From Diadema antillarum (lineage: Eukaryota), in NCBI RefSeq assembly GCF_040938485.1, contig NW_027270975.1, forward strand, positions 2,170,001 to 2,234,000: a stretch of DNA of 64,000 nt, read 5' to 3'. Below, in pieces: positions 40,092 to 50,925 of this stretch. The translations under genes and the position numbers were made by a program. The notes beneath the pieces were generated by a model. That model searched no databases. It was not told the origin of the DNA and saw nothing but the letters and a program-made list of their open reading frames with translations. Each line of letters begins with the position of its first letter. Position 1 is the stretch's first letter.

Positions 40092-41092
40092 ACAACGCTG
40101 GCAGCAAATGGGTCTTTCCTGCATTTTGTCTCATGTGTTGAGGGCCACTTCTTTTCAAATCATGTCGACAACGAAAAGATCGAGGAGCATAAGGCGAGTG
40201 ACGATCTTTTGTCACGAACAGTTTATAATGTAACCAAAATGAGCACTCGTTAGATGCAAAACATCAGTGTGGCTGGAGGCTGGCATTACATTGAGTGGTA
40301 GCAGCTAGCTGCAGGGAACTTCTCAATGACCTATTCAGTCAAGTCTGGTAAGTTTTGTGCCGGGAAAACAACATGATTCCATGACATTGGACAACAAGCG
40401 TTGCTAATGGGAAAATTGATCTATGGTCGAAAATATAAGTACTTCGTCAAATGGCACGTAGAACTGAAATCTAAATGAATCACAGGGGAGGAACAAGAAT
40501 GTACATCTCCCTATAAACAATGGAAAGTGGACAGTCTTTTCAGACATTATAGCTAATGTCGTAATAAAGGTCATAGTTTCATCAGTTCAACGATATGTAT
40601 ACATACATATAAATACATATAGGCCTACCTTTTTCACGCAAATTGCACGATCTGGTGCAAAACGTTCGATTTGAGGTTTCACACTTGTTAACAAAATTTG
40701 GTAAGTTGCTATTTTGAAGGCAGAAAGCTTTTTGTTTCATTTATCTCTCAAACAGTAATTGTTTTCTAAAGGCACTAAGGGAACCACATCGCGTATAACA
40801 AAACAGTTTCATGTCATTAACATGGGACGCAGCATCATAACCTAGAAAACGAGGAGGAATCAAATAAAATATTTCTCTTTGAAGTTAAAAGACCACAGGA
40901 CCTGTTAAGTATACAGGCAAAAGTGGTATGGGTAAAGGAAGTTACACGCTGCTGCCAGTGGGATCGAACCAGGGACCCAAAGAGATAGAGACAGTGGTCT
41001 CAAAAGCCGGGGCCTGCTTTCCGAATTGCCTTGTGCTCTTGGCTCTGCTTCAGGTTCCATCCACCATTTTCCTGTCATTGTTATTGTTTCAG

Positions 41093-41354
41093 GTGTCGAA
41101 GATTGGAGCGTGAGATTCCGGGTATAGTCCTTTCTTGGGCATCTACAATGACCAAAACAAAACCAGGACCGGCTAGTGAATTAGTCGGAAGAGCCCAATG
41201 CAATCCAATATCCCCTGAAGGACCGCTTGAAGCCTTCATGAATGGGGTTTTACTACAAGCTTTTCACTTTTCTCATCGATTTGAGGTTGACACCGAGAGG
41301 CAAAGGCGTGTCCTTGTCGACCAACATGAAGCGATCGGCTGCTGATCTCGTGGT
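41093..41354 (+). other. candidate internal non-coding (5' UTR) exon
   Basis: Strong acceptor TTTTCCTGTCATTGTTATTGTTTCAG| and donor GGT|GTAAGT. No frame joins the downstream main ORF. Confidence 0.35.
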
Positions 41355-44300
41355 GTAAGTGGCGACTGAATTAAATTTGCTTAGCTTACCTTTCAACTTC
41401 TTTCCTACAGCCACTTGCAATGAAGTGTTAATGATGTAGGTGGTATTAACAAGGTCATGGTCACGCGTGAAGTGGTGATATCATTACTAGTATCACAATA
41501 GAGGCCAGTGCAATTAGGAATATGAGGTACTTGACGCTGTAGACAATTGATCACCTCGGTGAAAGTCATTTATTAGAATATTATGTTTGCATGCCATGGC
41601 TTTGAGAGAAAAGGGCGGGGTGCGTCATGTTCGGATTGTGTCGTGTGGTTGTCTTTCATGTTTATCGATTCAGGTACACGAGGTCAAGACATTATAGTCT
41701 ACATGTAATAGTGGTAACCATGTCAATATTTGACTTCTCGCTTCGATCTTCCATGCTAGCTGAACGTGACCACCTGTGTGTGCTTGGAGCACCCAAATAT
41801 TACTAAGAAATCGCTTTGACATGTTTGGGATTATGCCAGTCACCGATTCGTCATATTTACCTTGCAGATGCTGGTCTGCTAAGTGAGGTGCCAGACAGGA
41901 ATGCGTGCCGTTATTCATATTGTCAACACAACAATGAGTAAACCGTAATGTTGTCGGGTTGATTGTTGTTGCCTGCACCCATGAAACATTTTCTTTGAGT
42001 TAGTTCCCGGTCGTGGAGCCGTACCTTTGGATCGTTCCTTCACTATTATACGCACGATGCATAGTCGTTGATCCTGGAAAGGTGGAGTAGCTTTTCATGC
42101 GTATATGGATGTTGGAATACTCTATCCCACTAGCAGCACCATATAGCAGACAGCTAGGTAAGACCACAGCGAACGGGCTTGCAATTTTCCTTTTCATGTC
42201 GGCTTGATCAGAGGCAAGTGTTTATGGAGTTTCTGCAGAACGTTTGTTCAAACTAAGCGACCATTCGGAAGGAGTTTCCATTTTACTTGTCTTTATATGC
42301 TCTGATAAAAATCCATTAAAAAGATGATATGACCGTAATAACGATCGGAACATTATTACTATTAGACTTAGTTGCTGTAAGCTGTAAAGTGCCACAGCGA
42401 TTGCCCAAAATACACGTTCCATGTGTACATTACTCTACATATTTTGAGGAGCATTAGGAGCAGTAAGGGTGGGACTATATCTGATAAATTATAGCAATGT
42501 ACAGGACACTCTATACCACACTTAAAACAGCAATGCTAAAACTCTTTTCACCAAGTGAAGGATTTGTCCTATACAACAAACCACTTAATGTCAGTAGTCA
42601 GGCTAAGTCTTGGACCCCCCCCCCCCCATAAAAAAGAAATCTGATAAAGTGAGTTTGAACCAAACAGAATTTATTTTGTACTTTATTTCTCAAGAATACA
42701 GACGTGTGATATGCTAGGTTATAGCCACACATAATGCTTCATTTCATTTAAGATGAATTGTGACACAATGGTGTCACACAGTTTTCATTTAATACCTCCT
42801 CAAATATGGGACACATCATAGTGCCAATTTGTGATAGCGACGTTGATCTTTCGTCCACATCATATCAAGTAATAATGCAAATGCAAAGTTGTCAGTGTTC
42901 AGCTAGTGTTAGTTTGTGATGATTTATTTTTATGTAAATTCGATATAGGAAACCAATACAGTGAAATGAAGTGAAATTAAATCTATATGATATAATCATT
43001 ATCATCTATAGTGTGTAGGAATGTAGTTTGTTGGCTTAATTCGCTGCTGTTGAATTAATGTTATAGTATATCTCGAAAGAGCTATAATCATGTAGATAAC
43101 AAATCGTTAACATATATATATCAAAGTCCACGGGAATGAAGGCAAACGCTGTGCTCGAACTTACGTAAAATCTACAAGACCTCGATTATAGCTGGCTAAT
43201 ATCAAATCATCACGTAATAATGACAGATAGGGCCCGTCGGGAAGAACAGCGCCAAAACTGAAAAGGTTATCAATAAGATGAATAATGATTATGATTATAT
43301 GACTATATAACCATCATTTTTGTGATCTTTATCATGGATCATGGCATCTGTAAGTAAAGGAAACAGATGTAGAAATATTCCGCTTATGTTTCCAACTAAA
43401 TTTCTATTCGGAATGAAATATCATTTTATGTTTGCGTTCTGAGCTGTGTTATGTCTTTCTGTAAATCTTTTAGGTATAGTGATATCACAATGAGGTCGGA
43501 GCCTCTTTCTCGTTCTTTCACACACAGTATACTCAAGTTTCAAGTTCATTTCACATCTTTAAACGATTTTTGCATAAACAGAAATACAGCATACATGTCA
43601 TATTTTACGCTAAAAAATAAGTAAATTACAACTCGAAATATTACACAAAATAGATGGAAATAAGGTCAGATGACATCATGTCATCTGACACAAGAAAGCG
43701 CAGCAGATGTTGGGAATTAGCAAAAGATATTGACCTATCAAGGTTAACCCCCTTTGAGAATTACTTAAAACTGACAAGAACTTGGTGGATCTTTGTATCG
43801 TCTGATTATGATGTTCTGTCAAGGTGTACTCATGTTGAAACTCTATAAGGTAAATTAAAAAAGAAACCTAAGAAATTTGGATTATTTTCATGAAAATGGG
43901 AGACATCAGATATATATAACATTCAAAGGATTGATATGTTTCATGAGACGGTGATAAATGTATTAGAATGTAAATTTACAAGGCAGTGATGTCATTGAGC
44001 TCACCTCTCTCGTTGGTTTAAATAATATGTCATATAAAAGTAACAGTTTTAGCCAATGATTCAACAACTCAACCCATTGCACTTCCCCTCAACAGTCATT
44101 GTTGCTTTATAGGATGTAACCATTCTAAATTCAAATGATGCAGTGTGCTCTTTATCATTTCACTAAACAACAACATAATTTGATGTAGATTGGTGTTCAG
44201 ATTAATGGTGAGAGACTTATACAGGACAATAACATTGTCACCTCATTGAATTTGCATATTTCATCGTGCGAGTATCACTGTTTAAAGAAAATATCTGAAA

Positions 44301-44579
44301 CTGTAAAAGTTCATGTCTTTATTATTCATATCTTTATTATTTCTAACGACAGTCCTTCTGTTCTGTACTTCGTTCTATTCCATTTTGTCAACTTGCATGT
44401 ATAGGGAGTGGCATTTCATTTAATGCTGATCATATATCTGCATCTATGTTTGTGTTTTTGTTTGTTTTTTACAGGCACCATGATATTCACAACTCCAATC
44501 TTCCTCTGCAAAGGCACTTAAGGCCGTCACTTGAACGAATTTCTGCTGGACGTTGGTAGGACTTCACGCAACACACACC

Positions 44580-45458
44580 ATGGCAGGCATTCAGAAAAAT
44601 TGCAAAGTGACGTCACTTCAGTATAAGAATGATTATCATCTAACAATTGATCATCCCATGACAGAGAGCATTGTCGACAGGGACTACATGCGCATCACTG
44701 TTCATCCGCAACCTCTGCTGGCACGAAACCCTTCGGGTCGCCGGAATTACTTCATGCCACAGTGCGAGACGGAATGGATTCAAATGGTGAACAAACTGAA
44801 CGATGGGCAAGGAACCTACCACCAAAGTACCACCTACGTTAAGCCAGGGGTATACCCTTCCCGTTCAATAAGCGCAAATTCTTACTTCGATCCTTACGCC
44901 CTTGGGTCCAACTCGTCTCTCAACATCACTGCGCGGACGTTGAATTTGTCGTCACGCCGACAGATGCAACGCGCATACGAACGCGCTTGCCGTAGTACGA
45001 TCCGTGGTGACAAGTCTCGTGCATCGTCTGCTTCTGTGAGGGATCTTGATAGCTACGGAGACAGAGTGAACACTCCAAGTCTAACTACTCGCCTTGCAAC
45101 CATGAGCTCTCGCGCTAAGTCAGTTTGTTCTGAAAGATCAAGTTGCAGCAGTAGCACTACTAACACTGACTTTTCATCAGGTCATAGCAGCCCTGAAAAG
45201 CCGACATATGTACTTCCACGACCACCACCTGTTAAAATGCCTAAGGTAGCTGCCATGCCTTCCAAGCGAGAGGCTTGGTTTAGTGCTCCATATCGATCGC
45301 GTATCGTGCGGCAATCGCCCCCTTGGCGATCGCTGTTGAATCGTCGACCTGAAGGTGTAAGAGCTTCCGGTGGACTGTGTCCTAACCACTGCCGATGTTG
45401 TTTTGAAGCGACATACGATACAAACAACAAGAACATCTACAAAGTTGATCAAGAGTAG
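44580..45458 (+). CDS. 292-aa hypothetical protein (Ser/Arg/Pro-rich, C-terminal CPNHCRCC motif), single coding exon
   Basis: Longest ORF in the window. Kozak ACC-ATG-G at 44580 with an in-frame stop upstream. Preceded by a very strong acceptor GTTTTTGTTTGTTTTTTACAG| (exon starts 44475). GC content is well above the flanks. No family recognised. Confidence 0.75.
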   Translation: MAGIQKNCKVTSLQYKNDYHLTIDHPMTESIVDRDYMRITVHPQPLLARNPSGRRNYFMPQCETEWIQMVNKLNDGQGTYHQSTTYVKPGVYPSRSISANSYFDPYALGSNSSLNITARTLNLSSRRQMQRAYERACRSTIRGDKSRASSASVRDLDSYGDRVNTPSLTTRLATMSSRAKSVCSERSSCSSSTTNTDFSSGHSSPEKPTYVLPRPPPVKMPKVAAMPSKREAWFSAPYRSRIVRQSPPWRSLLNRRPEGVRASGGLCPNHCRCCFEATYDTNNKNIYKVDQE

Positions 45459-46400
45459 TTCAAGAAACTGACCGAGGCCGAGAGGACAACAAGCAAACAC
45501 AACAAAGATCAACAATACTTCACTGGCAGTATAGCGTTCGGAAAAGCTAACATACTTCCATATAAACCAAAACATAATGTCGTACAGCAACGCAATGAGA
45601 CGATGCACCTTGTGTCAAATCATTGACTGGTACCTATTTTTACTGACTTAAAACGGAGCCTCTCCAGTGACGCAGTGACTAATGGTGATCACTCTGAATC
45701 GTATAGCATTGTCTATAGCCATTGGTTTTGAAAATAGTGAAAGATTTTAACGGGGGACGCCCCAACCTAAAGAAATAATCTAGTGTGTAACATTCATGTC
45801 TTCTCAGATGACAGAATGACGTGTCGCGCGAAAACGAATGATTTTCTCCCAATTTGACGAGGTGATAATCAATCCATATGCACGTTATTTTTATGCTGAA
45901 CTGCAATTACTGTCTCAAGCCATCACATGGTACGGATATCTATAGCGGATTTCTTTACTGTTTTTGTAAATTACTACCAATGGTAAGCATGTTAGTTACC
46001 GCATTATTTCATCCGCATCTTTGGCGGAAATAAGTGATGACCGTAAGAATTATTTCAAAGGCGATGATACTAATGGAATTCAATATAGAGTGTGTGAATC
46101 TGCACGTACGTGCGACACAATATTTCCTGCAAATGATTATACTTCTACCTTCCATAATGTCAACAATACAATATCTAGATTATCAATTAATCGCAACAAA
46201 ATGAGATGGAACCATAACACGTCTTCAGACTGCACGGTTGAGACTTTTTCACGGCATTAATTTCGACACACTGTAGTTTCCGTCGGCTGTAAATGGGTTG
46301 ATATTGTCTCATCTCATGTTGAAGGTCACAAAGAAAGTCAGTTTAAGATGAGTATTTCTGTCATTTTTTCGAACCGTATAGAATGGTGGTAATGATGGTC

Positions 46401-46600
46401 AGATGGAAAGTCATTGAAGAAAACCAAAACCCAAACAAGTGAACACATCAGTGAAAGTTTGAGGAAAGTCGAACAATCCGTACAAATAAGATGGAAAGTC
46501 ACTGAAGAAAATCAAAACCAAAACAAGTGAACACATCAATGAAAGTTTGAGGAAAGTCAAACAATCCGTTCAAAAGTTATGAATTTTTAAAATGTTGGTG
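46401..46600 (+). repeat. 88-bp direct tandem duplication within a MITE-family fragment
   Basis: AGATGGAAAGTCA.TGAAGAAAA..AAAAC.AAACAAGTGAACACATCA.TGAAAGTTTGAGGAAAGTC.AACAATCCGT at 46401 and 46489. Homologous to 35490-35736 (inverted). Confidence 0.85.
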
Positions 46601-47169
46601 CCGTCTTCGATGGATAAGAGGACTGCTAACACTTCATGAAAAGGACACTTTCCGTTGACTTGTTATTGACATATTCGTAATATCATTCCCCCCTGCTTTC
46701 TGAAAAGATCGAAGTCAAGTGCCCTTTCATTATGCTAGAAAAGTGAAAATAATATGTCGAATTGACACACCTTTCTAGTTCCAAACTGACGATGATATGA
46801 AGTTAAGGTTATTATAGTGCAATAGAAAAGTCCGTTGTGATAAGAATCTACCTGCTGAATGTTTGAAAAATATGTTTCGTATGTACAGCGCAGTAATTTC
46901 AAATGCTATAGTTGCGTGTTCGTCCTCGGTAAAAGCTTGATATGACTAAAAGCTGTCGACATCAAAACCACATAGGATCTCATTTCATACAAGATGTTAT
47001 ATTAGTAATTCCTGCTGGAATGGCAACTTCTTGTAGCAATTTACAGCCAATTGGAAAACGGGATTCATGTCGTTACCATGACACTTGCCATTGCGGCAAG
47101 ATTTGCTTTCATATCCATTTTTAAAATATTTTGTGTAATGTTATATCGTCTATATCACTTCAGTCAATT

Positions 47170-47330
47170 TTCATTACAACATTATTTGTTACCCCAAGGT
47201 TCTACAATTATGTATTTTTTTCAATTTTACTTTATTTTGATTATATGTAACCTTATTCTCTGTTACCAAAGAAAGTGAAATGTTTATGTTCTTTTCGAAA
47301 AATGAAATAAAGTTTGAATTGAATTGAAAA
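47170..47330 (+). mobile_element. LINE-type 3' tail, copy 2
   Basis: Homologous to 37120-37268; ends AATAAAGTTTGAATTGAATTGAA. Confidence 0.55.
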
Positions 47331-48524
47331 AAGAAAATGAAATTGAGCCCCAAGAACTTACAAAAGTATATACAGGTAGTGATCGTAAACCAAATCTAAG
47401 TCCGGATAGAAAATGTGGTGTTAATGATTTAGCTCACTGCGATATTTAATAATGTATCCCATTTTATTATCATTTTACAAGTAACTCTAATCAGTTGATG
47501 TTCCGGATATGAATGGCCCTTAAAAATCAAAGGAGTGATAGTGAAAGTTAAATGATTTTCTTGCCTAAAGGATATCGATCAAGGACAATTGCTTCCGCGC
47601 AGTTTGGGGTTGGTTGTTTTATTTTTCTCATCATTATAGAACAGTTGTGTTATACTTTAGTGTCTCTAGAAATTTGGCAGAAGGATTGCTTGTTATATTG
47701 AATGCAAAATTATAACTGCCCTCTATACATGTAGGAATACAATATATGAATGTTGAAATATAGAATAACGTAAACTGACTTTTTTTCTGATTGCAATGTG
47801 TGATATACTTTGCTGTGTCATCATTGTTAGAATGGAGGCTCAATTTTTTAACGATTTTGAAGAATTTCACAGCTAATCAATTTAAGGGAAAATGTTGTCT
47901 TCAGGTTGAAATGGGTATTATTGTGATAGCTTTATTCAATTTCAATTCAGTGATCTAAATATCATCAAATTGTAATGTGTTCATTGTTACAATGATTCAC
48001 AATATTGAAGGTATTTTTAATATACAAGGATAGCAACGCATGCAGAGGCTGGGATAGTATAATTAGCAATGACGGTATACATATGTATGTAAATAATAAA
48101 TGCCTGTTTTATCAATATTGTCCTCTTAGGAAAATGTATGCGTTTTTGTCTTCTCCATGACAAACATAACGTTAACATCTCGAATCTCCAAATTTATGTA
48201 TATTTTGTCCTTTTTCCGTAATATGTTGATATTTGAATGGTACTGATGCCGTATCTGTTTATGTTTTACGATCATGACGTTTTGCCTTAGTGCTGTGTAA
48301 CGACGAGATTTGAAACAGCAGTATATCACTGTTGATATCCGATAAACATGGTTAGAAAATGGGTATTTTGTGGTTCTGTTGTAACATTTGTTGTCTTTAA
48401 GAAGTGTGGTATGTGCTTAGAAAAAAAAAACACGTTGTTTCGGTTGGGTTTATTACAAGTGCAAGACAAAGGTATAAAACTGTCCTTGGTGAGAAACGAC
48501 CAACCGATACTTATTTGCATGATG

Positions 48525-48534
48525 TATATATATA

Positions 48535-48599
<65 letters not shown>
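48525..48599. repeat. (TA)n microsatellite
   Basis: About 37 TA units. Confidence 0.95.
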
Positions 48600-48601
<2 letters not shown>

Positions 48602-49145
48602 ATAATGAAAAATAACATAATGTAATATGATATCATATGCTATAGTATAATATAACATAATAGCATAATGTTAATGTAAATTTACTGAGAGTGTATATGC
48701 AAATACAGATAAACGCCATTTTTGAAGTTTTTTTTCTCCAAAAGGTCTTCATCACATAGAGAGAAAAAAAAAAGAATCTTTTTCAATGGTACTAAAGATA
48801 TGAAAATTATATCACAAAAATATTCTAATCATTTTCTTTGTTTTCTAGCAGATTCAATCTCAAATATTTCATGCTGATGAAAATGAACGTACCGGCTCCC
48901 TCTTCATGGGATGGTACATGTACTTGATATAGAGGGAGAAAAAGAAATCAATGCCCTAATAGCAGTTGTATAATATCACCATCCAAAGTCTGCGTAATGA
49001 GTTAACATGATTGTGATACAATCATGGATAAATGGTTTCTTCCCATGGTTAGTCATAACTATCAGCGCTCAACACCGGCTGAATTACAGTAGGGATCAAT
49101 ATTGACTCGAGAACTTCTTCCCACCTCCCTGATTTGAGGGTCCAG

Positions 49146-49451
49146 GGGTCCGTTTCATGAAAGTCTTATGAGAGACTTTTCATTCCTTCATTTCATTCAT
49201 TTTTTTTCCATTTCCAACAAAAGCATACATGTATATTATAAACATTTTCCAGAAATTGAATACATAAACTACATCTCAATTTTCGCTCATAAGATTCGTA
49301 AGAAACACTTTTGAGAGATTTCATGAAATTAGTTTTATTTTTTTTAACTACATAGCCACAATTATTATGAGCAACTTTGGCCAATCTGCATGTTCTGAGA
49401 TTTATACATGTATGTAAAGACCTTTATGTGATGACTTCATGAAACGGATCC
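49146..49451 (+). mobile_element. PIF/Harbinger-like MITE, element 1
   Basis: TIR GGGTCCGTTTCATGAA / TTCATGAAACGGATCC, flanked by CAG at 49143-49145 and 49452-49454 (3-bp CWG-type TSD). Confidence 0.7.
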
Positions 49452-49454
49452 CAG

Positions 49455-49634
49455 GGCTCCGCGTCATGAAGTCATTTTATTCAGTGCTCATTACACAAAA
49501 GTCTTTACATAAATCTCAGAATGGCTAATGTCGCTCGTATGTAGCTCTGAGAGACTTTCGAAGAGAAGTAAGATCCATTTCATGAAGTCACTCGTAAGTG
49601 TGTCATGAGCGAAAGACTTTCATAAAACCGACCC
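49455..49634 (-). mobile_element. PIF/Harbinger-like MITE, element 2 (inverted, shorter)
   Basis: Ends GGCTCCGCGTCATGAAGTC / GACTTTCATAAAACCGACCC, flanked by CAG at 49452 and 49635. GTCTTTACATAAATCTCAG is the reverse complement of a segment in element 1. Confidence 0.65.
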
Positions 49635-50100
49635 CAGCATCTGTGTCCTGCCAGCTTTGCGCAAGGAGTGCTTCACGGTGCTTGATCGGAGAGGGCGCCA
49701 CTCAACATTAGAGGTGTCTGTTGCATTGTCATTTCGAGAATTCAAAAAAAAAAAAAAGGCAAGTGCATAGAGCTGATTGGTACAAGTGAATAGAAACAAG
49801 AAAGAGATTATAATACACACTAGTAGGGTTTGGGCATCTGATTTCAAGCACGACCAAGCCGATGTCTCCAGTTATAGTTCCCAAAGACAGACATTGGTGG
49901 TAGGGACCGCGGAACTGGGGGTAGGGGCTGAGGACTGCAGTCCCCCCCCCCCCCCAACTTTTTTTGGACCTGTTCAAAAAAGGAAATATCGGGGGGAAAT
50001 CGAAATAAAAATCGGGGAAAAATCGTAAAAATTCTTAGCACTCAAACTTTCCGCCAATTCTTCTGTCCAAGCAGGAGAGGGGAGGGGGAAGGGGAGAGTA

Positions 50101-50925
50101 TGGGTGATCTATCACTTGGTCTACTCTCACTTCGTCTAATACCCCTTTCAGTAACTCCCCTGGCTAGCGCCAGGCCCGAGCTAAGTTGTAAAATTTTGAG
50201 TTTATGAATGGGTCGGGCCAAAGTGGCCCGTGCCAGGAGCGGACTATTTTGGCGCTGCTGAAGCTAGCACCAGGCACGGGCCAGGCTCGGCCCTGGTGCC
50301 AATCGAAGAGTTTATGAATGATAGCAGCACCAGGCTCGGGCCAAAATTTCTTGCACGGTCAAAGGTCACAATTACCTGGCCATGCCCTCCGCCGGAGCGC
50401 GCGTTCAGTTGCCATGGTAGTTATCCCTTACGTGGCCGAGTTCGTGAATGGGTCATCGTAAAAGTAGCGCGGCTCTGCTGTAGTTACTGAACGCAATTTT
50501 TACTGCTTGGCACGGGCCAAATTAGCTCGGGCCAGGAGCTGGCCAGAAATGCATGAGTTACTGAAAGGGGTATAGCCATTTGGTCTCACCCCACATGGTC
50601 TAATCCTGTTTCGTCTACAACCAGTTCGTCTAATGACCATTTCATCCAATTGCCACTTAGCCTCATTACCAGTTGGTCTACTTCCAGATGGGCTATGCCC
50701 AAAGCTTCGTCTAATAGGTGCCTACCCACAGTTTATTCGACAAAGTGGAAAAAGTCCAAGGAAACAAAACTGCAATTAGACCATCTGGTCATTAGACGAA
50801 ACAGTAAGTAGCCAAACTGGGCATTAGACCAAGTGCAAAGTAGATCAAACGGGCATTAGACGAAATTGATAGTAGACCAACTGGAAAGTAGACCATCTGA
50901 TAGTAGACCAAGTGGCAGTAAACCA
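50101..50925. mobile_element. foldback-type MITE with about 15-bp subterminal repeats, interrupted by a nested element
   Basis: Left half repeats TTGGTCTA/TTCGTCTA; right half repeats TAGACCAA/TAGACGAA. Termini TGGGTGATCTATCACTTGGTCTACT vs AGTAGACCAAGTGGCAGTAAACCA. Confidence 0.75.
50142..50570. mobile_element. 429-bp GC-rich MITE inserted at a TA
   Basis: Perfect 16-bp TIR CCCCTTTCAGTAACTC / GAGTTACTGAAAGGGG with TA on both sides. Subterminal inverted GGCCCGAGCTAA / TTAGCTCGGGCC. Confidence 0.85.

Noticed and set aside
40955-41040. tRNA-like segment on - (GGTTCGATCCCAC B-box)
   Set aside because: The anticodon and acceptor stems do not pair; at best it is a decayed tRNA or SINE remnant.
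48326-48658. IYIYIY-repeat ORFs
   Set aside because: They are translations of the (TA)n microsatellite.
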